Below are positions 53,019 to 53,379 of a stretch of DNA of 53,379 bases, one piece after another. The stretch's first letter is position 1, and the number at the start of each line of letters is the position of its first letter. The stretch lies in the NCBI GenBank assembly GCA_012026655.1, contig JAAILG010002548.1, forward strand, positions 1-53,379, written 5' to 3'. Source of the stretch: Hydrolagus affinis (taxonomy: Eukaryota). Below the pieces are notes generated by a model. It saw only the letters and a list, made by a program, of their open reading frames with translations. It was not told the DNA's origin and searched no databases. The position numbers and the translations under genes are program-made.

Positions 53019-53379
53019 TAGGGTCCGTCGATATGGAAATTTTCCGCTTTAGATATATCGATGGGCTCATATCGAGATATACAGAAATATCGATATTTTC
53101 AGGTTTTTCGTACTGCGCATGCGCGCGCAGCGCGCGCGCGTGCAGAGTACGCGCGCGTGCAGAGTACGCGCGCGTTCAGAGTGCGCGCGCATTCGGGGCC
53201 TATCTCCTCAGGAGGTAAATATCTTTCTCTCTGTGTGTCTCTCACTCTCTCCATCTCTGTGTTTTTCTGTCTGTGTCTCTGTGTCTCTCTCACATCCCCC
53301 CCATCTCCATCTCTCTGTATATTATCACATCCACCGTCTCTCCCCCCACCCCCCGCCATCTCTCTCCCCCCCCCACCCG
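53019..53379. mobile_element. Left end of a young CpG-rich DNA transposon, probably non-autonomous hAT-like, running off the window
   Basis: Abrupt switch to CpG-rich sequence at TAGGGTCCGTCGATAT, with repeated subterminal CGATAT/ATATCG motifs (53029-53096), then a GC tandem and CT/C-rich tracts. Confidence 0.6.
53133..53190. repeat. 17-bp tandem repeat CGCGCGCGTGCAGAGTA, about 3.4 copies
   Basis: Units at 53133-53149 and 53150-53166 are identical, and 53167-53183 has 2 differences. Confidence 0.92.

Noticed and set aside
52973-53359. Arg/Ala-rich ORFs at the window end
   Set aside because: They are translation artefacts of the GC tandem and CT-rich tracts.

Overview
This is AT-rich vertebrate non-coding DNA (a large intron or gene desert). 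I recognise no host protein-coding gene, structural RNA gene, CRISPR array or prokaryote-type system. The only confidently protein-like ORFs are decayed L2-clade LINE reverse-transcriptase fragments. The repeat content suggests a cartilaginous fish, possibly a holocephalan such as Callorhinchus milii (inference, not checked): L2 and CR1 3' fragments, an abundant tRNA-derived SINE with a Deu-like 3' part and L2-type tail, old DeuSINE and AmnSINE2-like relics, and a Penelope-like relic. The window begins in a pogo/Tigger-like DNA transposon end and finishes in a CpG-rich hAT-like element. Repeat-poor blocks rich in homeodomain, Pbx/Meis and Sox-type motifs may be conserved enhancers. The most distinctive observations are several fold-back structures (two look like template-switch events inside retroelements, one is an orphan 20-bp hairpin in unique DNA), a modular SINE in two structural variants, and nested insertions. 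Repeat family names come from remembered consensus motifs, and most boundaries are approximate.
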